Positions 30,896 through 39,205 of a stretch of DNA of 64,000 nucleotides are shown piece by piece (position 1 is the stretch's first letter; each line of letters opens with the position of its first letter). Source of the stretch: Veillonellaceae bacterium (lineage in GTDB: Bacteria; Bacillota; Negativicutes; JAAYSF01). Below the pieces are notes generated by a model. That model had not been told where the DNA came from. It made no database searches and was given only the letters and a program-made list of their open reading frames with translations. The stretch covers positions 8,390 through 72,389 of the forward strand of contig JAAYSF010000038.1 in assembly GCA_012523975.1 (NCBI GenBank), read 5' to 3'. Position numbers and translations under genes: made by a program.

Positions 30896-31393
30896 TTAAG
30901 CTTTAATATTTGCTTTGCGTTTCTTGGCACAGCTTGGACATCTTGTGCCTTTATATAAGAAGTTTTTTACGAACACGTTCCAGACCTTACCGCAGGTAAC
31001 ATGTTTAATATTTATCCGGCGGGAAAGAGGACAGTATTCACCGGCTATCTCATATTCGCCATTGGTTAATTTAGGAATTCTTTCTCTTAACTGTTCTGTA
31101 TCTAAAGGGATAGCGCCCCGGCCGAAGCATTTAGGACAACGATTACCTTTAACGAGAAAATTATGAGGAAATACTGGCCACTCGTGGCCACAGGTAACAT
31201 GTTTCATATTAACGCGATTATTAATACCACGATATGTTCCTGTTACGATATAATCGGTCCCAACAGCTTCCAAGACCTTAGCCTCGAATGACTGCTGAGT
31301 GTCTTTAAGAGCGCGAAAGTGACGATAATTTTTGCGGTGTTTTAAGCGACGAATCGCGAGTTCTTCTCTTTCGAGATCATCAATGATTGACAT
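30896..31393 (-). CDS. Protein made of 2 tandem copies of a ~55-aa His/Cys zinc-ribbon-like module (short paralog)
   Basis: Modules ...YIVTGTYRGINNRVNMKHVTCGHEWPVFPHNFLVKGNRCPKC and ...YEIAGEYCPLSRRINIKHVTCGKVWNVFVKNFLYKGTRCPSC. SD AAGGAAGG. Loosely resembles DUF4379/PF14311-type zinc-ribbon repeats (from memory). Confidence 0.55.
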   Translation of the reverse strand: MSIIDDLEREELAIRRLKHRKNYRHFRALKDTQQSFEAKVLEAVGTDYIVTGTYRGINNRVNMKHVTCGHEWPVFPHNFLVKGNRCPKCFGRGAIPLDTEQLRERIPKLTNGEYEIAGEYCPLSRRINIKHVTCGKVWNVFVKNFLYKGTRCPSCAKKRKANIKA

Positions 31394-31479
31394 GGTTATG
31401 AATCTACCTTCCTTGCTTTATTAATAAGTGATATAATAAATAAAATAATTGCTGAGAGAAGAGAGGGTGGGGTACATTT

Positions 31480-31659
31480 ATGGGACATGCTAATAATAAA
31501 GAAAAATCTAAGCACCCTGGTAATGCTACCACAGATGAAAAACGTAAAGACGGATCTACGAGTATGCCGCCGGTTCGTTCCGCTCGTTGTGGAGATGACA
31601 AACTTATCATAGTTTTTAATGAGAAATTAGTAGAACATCTCATGTTAATGAAAAAATAG
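31480..31659 (+). CDS. Small basic hypothetical protein (59 aa), divergent from the 2-module gene
   Basis: MGHANNKEKSKHPGNATTDEKRKDGSTSMPPVRSARCGDDKLIIVFNEKLVEHLMLMKK. SD GAGGGTGGGG. Coding-like composition. Preferred over the low-complexity antisense ORF 31404-31643. Confidence 0.3.
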   Translation: MGHANNKEKSKHPGNATTDEKRKDGSTSMPPVRSARCGDDKLIIVFNEKLVEHLMLMKK

Positions 31660-31690
31660 TACGTTGCTATTTTAGCAACAGTAAATATTT

Positions 31691-31730
31691 AACCCCTGAC
31701 ATTATCGTATATTACGGTAGGTCAGGGGTT
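31691..31730. terminator. Perfect 10-bp inverted repeat (aacccctgac ... gtcaggggtt) with a 20-nt loop between convergent island genes
   Basis: Lies downstream of both the plus-strand small ORF and the minus-strand 3-module gene. No U-tract, so the function is uncertain: it could be a terminator or a protein-binding site. Confidence 0.4.
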
Positions 31731-31751
31731 CTTTGCACCCTCACGATTGTT

Positions 31752-32414
31752 TTATTTCGTGGGGGATTTTTTATTTATTGCGGTATTTATTTCCGCTTTT
31801 TCTTTCTTCTTATTTTCAGCGCAGATTGGGCACACCGGATTACTACTAACTAGTGTATTGCCCTTTACTAAGTATTGATGATCGCAGTTATTATCGAGAA
31901 CAACAATATCATCGGAGTAACCGTGACTTAATTCATTGCTAATTATAGTAAAACGATCACTGTGTTTATTTTTGACTCTAATCTTCAAGTCTTCAAGAGT
32001 TGCTTTCCCGCGATTGCATCGAGGACACCTATTGCGTTTTTTACCGACAAAAAATGTTGGCCGTATCATCCATTCTCTTCCACATATGTTGTGCCTCATT
32101 AAAATAGGGGTGTCCCCATCTACGTATTCTCCAAGAACTGAATACTCATTGCCGACTTGATTCAATACTTTCTCTTTAAAAATATCTGCTTCCAAAACTT
32201 TATTTCTTGAATTACATTTAGGACATCTATTTCCGATATTGACAAAGTTAGAAGCTATGACTTCATATTCGTGACCACAAGTGTTGTGTCGCATCAGAAT
32301 TTTTTTATAAGATTTAACATAATCACCAAGGACAGTATATTCGTTACCGACTAACTCATAAACTCTTTTTTTAAAAGATTCTGTCGTATATTTATTTGGT
32401 CTTACTTTTGCCAT
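31752..32414 (-). CDS. Protein made of 3 tandem copies of the same His/Cys zinc-ribbon-like module (long paralog)
   Basis: Modules FKKRVYELVGNEYTVLGDYV ... RHNTCGHEYEVIASNFVNIGNRCPKCNS, FKEKVLNQVGNEYSVLGEYV ... RHNICGREWMIRPTFFVGKKRNRCPRCNR, and a third copy ... CDHQY ... CPICAE. Confidence 0.55.
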   Translation of the reverse strand: MAKVRPNKYTTESFKKRVYELVGNEYTVLGDYVKSYKKILMRHNTCGHEYEVIASNFVNIGNRCPKCNSRNKVLEADIFKEKVLNQVGNEYSVLGEYVDGDTPILMRHNICGREWMIRPTFFVGKKRNRCPRCNRGKATLEDLKIRVKNKHSDRFTIISNELSHGYSDDIVVLDNNCDHQYLVKGNTLVSSNPVCPICAENKKKEKAEINTAINKKSPTK

Positions 32415-32585
32415 ATTGTGAAGACTCCATTTCTCGCTGTTTGAAAGACATATTACGGAGCGAGAATAGGTGTTTTCACATTTTTTTATTATAAATAAAA
32501 ATTTTTATTATATATTTTTTAACCTAGTCGTTTCAAAGTTTTTTTATTTATAAATGAAAATGTCTCAGATCGTCTCGGTATGTAT

Positions 32586-32614
32586 TTGACTTTATTCATG
32601 ATTGTAAGTAAAAC
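32586..32614 (+). promoter_or_regulatory. Candidate sigmaA promoter TTGACT -17- TAAAAC for the 32687 gene
   Basis: Hexamers with ideal spacing 73 nt upstream of the ATG. Confidence 0.4.
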
Positions 32615-32686
32615 TTTTAGCCCCCGGGTATCACTCAACGCAAAACAAATTATGGTCACGCGGACCTTAAACGTAGGAGAATAATT

Positions 32687-33025
32687 ATGACTATTGCACA
32701 AATCAAAACTAAAGCTTTTCATCTTAAAAAGGCAGGTATTGTAGTTATTGAATTAATTGATGATCATGGCATAGAGGTATCATGCTTAATTAATAACACT
32801 AAACGTGTTATTGGTTATATCAAAGCTGAAGACAAGATTCAAGAAATGTTAGTATTGGCTGCTAATACTGTAGTGTCAGCTACTGGTACACAAACTGTTG
32901 TATGCACAGATGTATATAACAGAATGTTTAAGATGGTAAATCATCGCTTAGAAGATGATGCTATCTTTATGGATGTGCTTAAAAATGATGAATATAAAAT
33001 TCATAGCAATGCCTTTAATTGTTAA
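32687..33025 (+). CDS. Hypothetical protein (112 aa)
   Basis: SD GGAG 8 nt upstream. No recognisable family. Confidence 0.5.
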   Translation: MTIAQIKTKAFHLKKAGIVVIELIDDHGIEVSCLINNTKRVIGYIKAEDKIQEMLVLAANTVVSATGTQTVVCTDVYNRMFKMVNHRLEDDAIFMDVLKNDEYKIHSNAFNC

Positions 33026-33193
33026 GTCTTATGTGCACAAAAGATAAAAGAACAATACAAACTAGATGTCCTAAGCACGACAGTAATAAACTGCTTATTT
33101 TTTTATGCTCTGCTTCTGTAGCTATGTACTATCTAGGTATGGCTGCAGTATGGAGTGCATAAGCACTACTAAAAAAAGGGAAGGAGGTCAACT

Positions 33194-33322
33194 ATGAATA
33201 AAAGAAAAACCGCCACTGTAGCAGCAGTGACGGTCATCCTTGTAATTCTAATTGTGTTGCTGTCTCTACACGGCACAGTTAGTATTACAATCTCCAATGT
33301 ATCTGTCTATATAGGCAGATAG
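33194..33322 (+). CDS. Small single-TM peptide (42 aa): basic N-terminus + hydrophobic helix
   Basis: MNKRKTATVAAVTVILVILIVLLSLHGTVSITISNVSVYIGR. Strong SD GGGAAGGAGG. Own terminator at 33330-33372. Confidence 0.45.
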   Translation: MNKRKTATVAAVTVILVILIVLLSLHGTVSITISNVSVYIGR

Positions 33323-33329
33323 GCTGGAG

Positions 33330-33372
33330 CGTCTTGGAGGCGGACGTTAAACGCCTCTTTTCTTTTATTCTA
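33330..33372 (+). terminator. Terminator after the 42-aa peptide gene
   Basis: Stem ggaggcg/cgcctc followed by ttttctttt. Confidence 0.5.
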
Positions 33373-33410
33373 ATCTGCTAAAAATTAAAAGTCAAATTTT
33401 AAAGGAGAGA

Positions 33411-33647
33411 TTGATTATGAATAACTTAGCTATTAACACCACTTCTAAAAAGGTTACTGTTTCTACTGAAAAAGGATTTAAGCTTCCTGGATCTGATAAG
33501 CGTTGGAAGCTAAGAAAAGACGCCCCTGTAAAGATCACGCTAGCAGTAGCCGCTGCCGGCGTTCTTTTATTAGGAGCGTCTCTTCCTGATTGTGATGTCA
33601 CTAGCATCACTACTGGTCCAGTTACCTGGAATCCGCTTGGTAGATAA
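33411..33647 (+). CDS. Hypothetical small protein (78 aa) with one hydrophobic segment
   Basis: SD AAAGGAGAG. Sequence MIMNNLAINTTSKKV ... ITLAVAAAGVLLLGASLPDC ... Confidence 0.45.
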   Translation: MIMNNLAINTTSKKVTVSTEKGFKLPGSDKRWKLRKDAPVKITLAVAAAGVLLLGASLPDCDVTSITTGPVTWNPLGR

Positions 33648-33802
33648 GAGCAACTTCAGTCTCTATTATACCATGTCCTGACATCACGGACAATAAACAA
33701 AAGATGCCGATGCGCCTAGATATAGGTAGCTGTGTAACTCAGCTTTAAAGCATCGTGTCGGCAATCAAACCGATGAAAATACATATAAGGAGCTGTCGTG
33801 CT

Positions 33803-33940
33803 ATGAGTAACAAGAAAGAAAAGTTAGAACGTGCCCGTCAAGTAGTACGGGAAGCCCAAGAGTTAGTTATCAAGTTCAAAGACTTAGATAAGAAAGCAGT
33901 TAAATTGCTCGTGAAGTACAAGCAACGATCTAATGATTAA
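33803..33940 (+). CDS. Small charged helical protein (45 aa; alternative upstream starts would give up to 61 aa)
   Basis: MSNKKEKLERARQVVREAQELVIKFKDLDKKAVKLLVKYKQRSND. AAGGAG sits 11 nt upstream of this ATG. Confidence 0.35.
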   Translation: MSNKKEKLERARQVVREAQELVIKFKDLDKKAVKLLVKYKQRSND

Positions 33941-34085
33941 GCATTGTCACGATCTGGCCAAGCCAATGAACTTGTAATACTAAGTGGCAGCCAAAGGTAG
34001 TAGATAGATCTATTTTTAATAAGTAGATTTAAAACATGCAAACATCAGCGATTGTGGTATAATAATAATTAAGGAGTTGATCTTG

Positions 34086-34400
34086 ATGGAAGAATTATTA
34101 AAAAAAATCATTCAACGTCTTGATAAGATGGAAGCACGGTTTGACGAAGTTAACACACGATTTGACAAAGTTAACACACGATTTGACGAAATCGAAGAGA
34201 ATATGGCGACAAGGGCAGACATTGTTCGCCTTGAGAATAAGATGGACATGCATTTTGGTGCTTTGTATGATGCTAGAGAGGTTCAAGCAGATGTGAACGA
34301 TCAAGTTCGTGATAGCCTGAATAGAATAGAAAAAAGATTAGATCGCGTTTCATTGCGGACCAATCATAATAGTGCAATAGTTGAGAAAATAGCAAAATAA
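34086..34400 (+). CDS. Coiled-coil hypothetical protein (104 aa) containing a duplicated heptad-like peptide
   Basis: MEELLKKIIQRLDKMEARFDEVNTRFDKVNTRFDEIEENMATRADIVRLENKMDMHF ... AAGGAG 9 nt upstream. Terminator follows. Confidence 0.5.
   Translation: MEELLKKIIQRLDKMEARFDEVNTRFDKVNTRFDEIEENMATRADIVRLENKMDMHFGALYDAREVQADVNDQVRDSLNRIEKRLDRVSLRTNHNSAIVEKIAK
34149..34190 (+). repeat. Tandem 21-nt direct repeat inside the coiled-coil gene (gttaacacacgatttgacaaa / gttaacacacgatttgacgaa)
   Basis: Seen directly in the sequence. Encodes VNTRFDK-VNTRFDE. Confidence 0.8.
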
Positions 34401-34415
34401 TTAATTTCTTATTTT

Positions 34416-34458
34416 AAGATCACGATTAAGTTCGTGGTCTTTTTTATTTTTTGTCCTT
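34416..34458 (+). terminator. Terminator after the coiled-coil gene
   Basis: Stem aagatcacga/tcgtggtctt followed by ttttttatttttt. Confidence 0.55.
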
Positions 34459-34566
34459 TGCATGGGACGTTAAAGAGCATGCATTGATGGCCTGTAGGGA
34501 TGGCTAAAGTATCCTATAAATAATAAGAGACACCTGCTGCCAACAGGTGTCAAAAGGAGAATAATT

Positions 34567-35319
34567 ATGACCAACACAGTCAACAACAATTCTCAAGTAC
34601 AGGATATCAAAGAAAGAGCTTCTCGTCAAGCCAAAGCTCGTAAACTTTGGATGGCACGCGCTGCTAAACAAGGTAAAGTGTATACTACCAAAAGAATGCG
34701 TCGGGATCGCAAGGTAAGCACTATCTTAGAGCGGGCAACTTACGCAGGCAAGAAGATGGAACTGGTTTATTCGTCGATTATGATCGATTCCAAAACCGAT
34801 TACAAAACTAAAGAGACTACTGTTACTGTAGTTTTCGGGGAGAGCAAGATGCCCCGGAATCGCATGGTAGAAAAGTTCGGTGAGGAACTCGCGTCCGCTA
34901 CCGATGTTAAATTTGTTCGTGGAACATTGAGAGATGGTGTCTTCACCGGTGACGAAACTTTCGTTGTTCACAAAGCAAGTAATACCAGCATGCCTACAAC
35001 TAAACTGTTCTCTGTTCAGTTTGGCGAGAATGCCGAGTATCTTGCTAATATGATAATTGGCGATGGTATCTGGTATCGCTTGTTTGGTAAGAAACCAATT
35101 ATGATTTCCCGTGTTAAATACGGTAATGAAGAACTTTGGCTTGACGTATTAACTGGCAGACCTGCCGATAGACAAGATTATCAAGTGTCTTCATCAAATG
35201 GTTGGAGACATCTGAAGTTCTACTGCGCATCTCCATCTAATGTTCGTCTTACTACTTGCCTCATGATGGACGTTGCTGACGCCAAACAGACCGGAGGCTC
35301 ACACTTATTACCAACCTAA
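34567..35319 (+). CDS. Hypothetical protein (250 aa), basic N-terminal ~60 aa
   Basis: SD AAAAGGAGAA. Last gene of the island. Ends 10 nt from the purL stop (convergent). Confidence 0.5.
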   Translation: MTNTVNNNSQVQDIKERASRQAKARKLWMARAAKQGKVYTTKRMRRDRKVSTILERATYAGKKMELVYSSIMIDSKTDYKTKETTVTVVFGESKMPRNRMVEKFGEELASATDVKFVRGTLRDGVFTGDETFVVHKASNTSMPTTKLFSVQFGENAEYLANMIIGDGIWYRLFGKKPIMISRVKYGNEELWLDVLTGRPADRQDYQVSSSNGWRHLKFYCASPSNVRLTTCLMMDVADAKQTGGSHLLPT

Positions 35320-35328
35320 CTATTCATT

Positions 35329-38300
35329 CTAGCCAAAATATTTTACACCGGCCGCAAATAACTGCTGATCCTTACAACCCGGTACGTTTTTGGCAACATT
35401 AGCGCCAATCCGTTCAGAGTGGCCCATTTTACCTAAAATTCTGCCGTCAGGACTGGTTATTGCCTCAATCGCGCACATAGAGCCATTGGCATTATACTCA
35501 ACATCATTGCTCGGGTTGCCATCAAGGTCAACATATTGAGCGGCAATTTGTCCGTTTCTGCTTAGCTGTTCAATAAGCTCAGCATCGGCCACAAATCGTC
35601 CCTCGCCATGCGAAAGAGCTATTGTATGAATATCACCAACATCTACATTGCTAAGCCAAGGCGAAAGATTTGATACTATTTTAGTCTGAGCCATGCATGA
35701 TATGTGACGGCCAATCTTGTTATAGGTAAGAGTAGGGCTTTGACTTGAAAGATCGACAATTTCACCGTAAGGAACCAAACCAAGCTTGATGAGAGCCTGG
35801 AATCCGTTGCAAATCCCCAGCATCAGACCGTCCCGCTGTTTAAGCAGGTTGTCAATAGCCTCTTTAATTCGTGGGTTTCTAAACATGGTTGCAATAAACT
35901 TGCCGGAACCATCAGGTTCATCACCGGCACTAAACCCGCCCGGCAGCATAACAATCTGGGCTTGATTTATCTCGGCGGTGATCTTCTCGACAGATTCTTC
36001 AACGGCGCTTGCCGTTAAATTGCGCACAACCAGGGTGCTGACAGCCGCCCCAGCCTGTTCAAAGGCTTTTGCTGAATCATATTCGCAGTTTGTACCGGGG
36101 AAAACCGGGATGAATACCCGCGGCCTGGCGCATTTTATAGAAGACTTACTTGGTTGTGAGCGATAGTATGGCTTATAAGCCGGCTGCGGAACAACTTTTT
36201 CAGTTTGAGTCGGAAAAATTTTTTCAAGCGGCTGCTGCCAAGCAGCCAGCGCATCATCTAAGCTTATCGTACAATTATTTATTAATATGACCGGTTCAGA
36301 TTGAGTTGTTCCAAGCAGGGTGTACTCAATGTCACCCAGCGTCTGGCCCAGGTCGATTTCTTGGCCAAGCTCAAGAATAATTGAGCCGTAATCAGCACTG
36401 AATAATTTATCGCAGGCAACGTCCTCTGCAAATTTCATGCCGATTCTATTGCCGAAACTCATCTTACTTACCGCAGCTGCAATACCGCCAGTCTTAACGG
36501 TGTGAGCGGCCAAAACCTTGCCCGCAGCAATCAGTTCGAAAATTTTGGCATAACCCAGCGACAGTTTATCAAAATTAGGCAGTTCATACTCGTCGCGTTC
36601 AAGCGGTATTAGCACAACCCTGCTGTCCGCTTTTTTAAATTCCGGTGAAATAATATGTTTGGCATTTGCTGTTGCTACAGCAAATGCTACCAGTGTAGGC
36701 GGCACATTCAGGTCCATAAAGGTTCCGGACATGCTGTCTTTACCGCCAATTGCCGGAATCCCCAGCTGCCGCTGAGCATGTAAAGCTCCCAACAAGGCGC
36801 CGAACGGCTTACCCCATTTCCTTTTATCCTGACCGAGCTTTTCAAAATATTCCTGGAGCGTCAAGCGAATTTTATGATAATCGCCGCCCATTGCCACAAC
36901 CTTGGCCGCCGCCTCGACTACCGCATACACCGCACCATGGAAAGGGCTCCAGGTTGTTAATTTAGGATCGTACCCGTGGGTCATAATAGTAGCAGTAGTC
37001 GTTTCGCCCTTTAATACCGGAACCTTTGCCGCCATCCCCTCAGCCGGTGTTAATTGATGCTTGCCGCCGAACGGCATAATTACCGTGCCAGCTCCAATGC
37101 TGCTATCAAACCGCTCAATTAAGCCTTTTTGACTGCAAACATTAATATCCCGGAGATTAGCCAGCCAGGCTTTTTGCAGATCGTTGCCGTCAGCGAGTAT
37201 TTCAGGGTTAACGCGGGAAAAGAAATTAGCAGTCGGTTCAGGCGCCGTTACATAGACGTCAGTTTGCTGTTTTACACCATTGGTATTGAGAAATTCACGG
37301 CTTAAATCAACAATATTTTTGTTGCGCCACATCATCTTAAGGCGTGGCTCAGCTGTAACCTCAGCGACAACTGTTGCCTCAAGATTTTCATCATCGGCTA
37401 AACTAATAAATCTTGCGACATTTTCAGCGGCAACGACAACTGACATTCGCTCCTGTGACTCCGAAATTGCTAGCTCCGTGCCGTCCAAACCTTCATATTT
37501 TTTTGGTATAACATCTAAATTTATTGCCACGCCATCGGTGAGTTCACCGATTGATACCGAGACACCGCCGGCCCCGAAATCGTTACAGCGTTTGATCATT
37601 CTGCTTGCTTCAGGGTTGCGGAACAGCCGCTGAATTTTCCGCTCAGTGGGCGGGTTGCCTTTTTGGACCTCTGAACCGCAGGATGCCAGCGATTCTTCAG
37701 TATGCTCTTTCGAAGAACCAGTTGCACCGCCGCAGCCATCCCGCCCTGTCCGACCGCCAACTAAGATTACAACATCTCCGGCTGCCGGCGCTTCCCTCAC
37801 GACATTGGTCCGAGGCGCCGCAGCTACAACTGCTCCAATTTCCATGCGTTTGGCAATATAGCCTTCGTCATAGATCTCCGTAACATGTCCAGTGGCCAAA
37901 CCAATTTGATTACCGTATGAACTATAACCGGAGGCAGCACCGATGGTTATCTTCCGCTGTGGCAGTTTGCCGGGCAAGGTATCTTCAACCTTGCGGCGCG
38001 GATCGCCACTGCCGGTAATCCGCATGGCCTGATAAACATACGACCGACCTGACAGCGGATCGCGAATACAGCCGCCAAGGCAGGTAGCTGCCCCGCCAAA
38101 TGGTTCAATCTCGGTAGGATGATTATGAGTTTCATTTTTAAACATTATCAGCCATTCTTCACCATGACCGTCGATATCCACATCAACAACAATGCTGCAG
38201 GCGTTTATTTCATCAGACTCATCCAAATCACCCAGCTTGCCCTGTTTCTTTAGTTCTTTCATGCCGATTACAGCAATATCCATCAAGCAAATATCTTTGT

Positions 38301-39105
38301 GATGGGACGTGTAAATTTCGCGGCGAATATCGAGATATTCCTCATAAACCCGCTTGACCGGCTTAGTAAAATGCCCTTGTGCAACTTCGACATTGTTGAT
38401 AACAGTATTAAAGGTGGTATGACGGCAATGATCCGACCAATAAGTATCAATTACGCGAATTTCAGTAATTGTCGGATCACGTTTTTCAGTCTCTTTAAAG
38501 TACTGCTGACAAAATTCAAAGTCGGCAAAACTCATGGCAAGGCTGAGGTCAGCATACAGCACCTTCAATTGATCAGTGGTTTTGTCGATAAATCCAGTTA
38601 ATACTTCAACATTATCCGGAATCTCATGGCTTATCTCAAGGGTTGCCGGTTTAGCCAAAGCCGCCTCCCTTGCCTCGACAGGGTTGATACAGTAATTCTT
38701 AATCTTAATAATCTCCTGCTCGCTCATTACGCCGTACAGAATTATCACTTTTGCCGAGATGACATTCGGCCGGTCTTTTTGAGTAAGGATCTGGATACAC
38801 TGAGCTGCTGAATCTGCCCGTTGGTCGTACTGACCGGGTAAATACTCAATAGCAAAGATGGCTGCATACTTGTCCACAGGCAGTTCTTCATCGTATACAT
38901 TATCAACTGGGGGTTCAGCAAAAATGATATTACGGGCCTTATTATATTCCTCATTATCAAGACCGGCCACGTCATAGCGGTTTACAATCCGAACGCCGGT
39001 CAATCCTGCTATGCCAAGATTTTCTTTGAGATCAGCATATAAACTGCGAGCTTCAACATCAAACCCAGCTTTCTTTTCCACAAAAATGCGTCTAATAGTT
39101 TGCAT
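35329..39105 (-). CDS. purL: Phosphoribosylformylglycinamidine synthase, single-chain large form
   Basis: 1258 aa covering the PurS-like N-terminus, FGAM synthetase domains and C-terminal type-I glutaminase (GICNGFQAL ... HSERIG). Confidence 0.95.
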   Translation of the reverse strand: MQTIRRIFVEKKAGFDVEARSLYADLKENLGIAGLTGVRIVNRYDVAGLDNEEYNKARNIIFAEPPVDNVYDEELPVDKYAAIFAIEYLPGQYDQRADSAAQCIQILTQKDRPNVISAKVIILYGVMSEQEIIKIKNYCINPVEAREAALAKPATLEISHEIPDNVEVLTGFIDKTTDQLKVLYADLSLAMSFADFEFCQQYFKETEKRDPTITEIRVIDTYWSDHCRHTTFNTVINNVEVAQGHFTKPVKRVYEEYLDIRREIYTSHHKDICLMDIAVIGMKELKKQGKLGDLDESDEINACSIVVDVDIDGHGEEWLIMFKNETHNHPTEIEPFGGAATCLGGCIRDPLSGRSYVYQAMRITGSGDPRRKVEDTLPGKLPQRKITIGAASGYSSYGNQIGLATGHVTEIYDEGYIAKRMEIGAVVAAAPRTNVVREAPAAGDVVILVGGRTGRDGCGGATGSSKEHTEESLASCGSEVQKGNPPTERKIQRLFRNPEASRMIKRCNDFGAGGVSVSIGELTDGVAINLDVIPKKYEGLDGTELAISESQERMSVVVAAENVARFISLADDENLEATVVAEVTAEPRLKMMWRNKNIVDLSREFLNTNGVKQQTDVYVTAPEPTANFFSRVNPEILADGNDLQKAWLANLRDINVCSQKGLIERFDSSIGAGTVIMPFGGKHQLTPAEGMAAKVPVLKGETTTATIMTHGYDPKLTTWSPFHGAVYAVVEAAAKVVAMGGDYHKIRLTLQEYFEKLGQDKRKWGKPFGALLGALHAQRQLGIPAIGGKDSMSGTFMDLNVPPTLVAFAVATANAKHIISPEFKKADSRVVLIPLERDEYELPNFDKLSLGYAKIFELIAAGKVLAAHTVKTGGIAAAVSKMSFGNRIGMKFAEDVACDKLFSADYGSIILELGQEIDLGQTLGDIEYTLLGTTQSEPVILINNCTISLDDALAAWQQPLEKIFPTQTEKVVPQPAYKPYYRSQPSKSSIKCARPRVFIPVFPGTNCEYDSAKAFEQAGAAVSTLVVRNLTASAVEESVEKITAEINQAQIVMLPGGFSAGDEPDGSGKFIATMFRNPRIKEAIDNLLKQRDGLMLGICNGFQALIKLGLVPYGEIVDLSSQSPTLTYNKIGRHISCMAQTKIVSNLSPWLSNVDVGDIHTIALSHGEGRFVADAELIEQLSRNGQIAAQYVDLDGNPSNDVEYNANGSMCAIEAITSPDGRILGKMGHSERIGANVAKNVPGCKDQQLFAAGVKYFG

Positions 39106-39205
39106 ATCACGGGCCTCCTCGATAGCGTCTTTTCTTTCATTTTAGTATAATAGCATTAATAATGACAATTAATAATACTAATGTCACACATAAGAGGTGC
39201 TTATA

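Larger units (their letters stand above)
30225..35328. other. AT-rich (~30-38% GC) accessory island of ten small genes between the HD-GYP regulator and purL
   Basis: Sharp base-composition shift at 30.24 kb. Genes 30338-35319 listed below. No integrase or tRNA. Core genes on both sides. Confidence 0.7.

Noticed and set aside
31404-31643. 79-aa minus-strand ORF from the six-frame track
   Set aside because: Low-complexity (LFYLLYHLLIKQ) product without SD. The plus-strand 59-aa ORF in the same span has an SD and protein-like composition, so the plus-strand call was preferred (still low confidence).
32519-32722. 67-aa minus-strand ORF
   Set aside because: Overlaps the putative promoter and 5' end of the 32687 plus-strand gene. 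No SD. Likely spurious.
39106-39205. Possible purine riboswitch or PurR box in the purL leader
   Set aside because: Intergenic region is only about 100 nt and shared with the divergent LysR gene. No aptamer-like conserved core or PurBox seen by eye.
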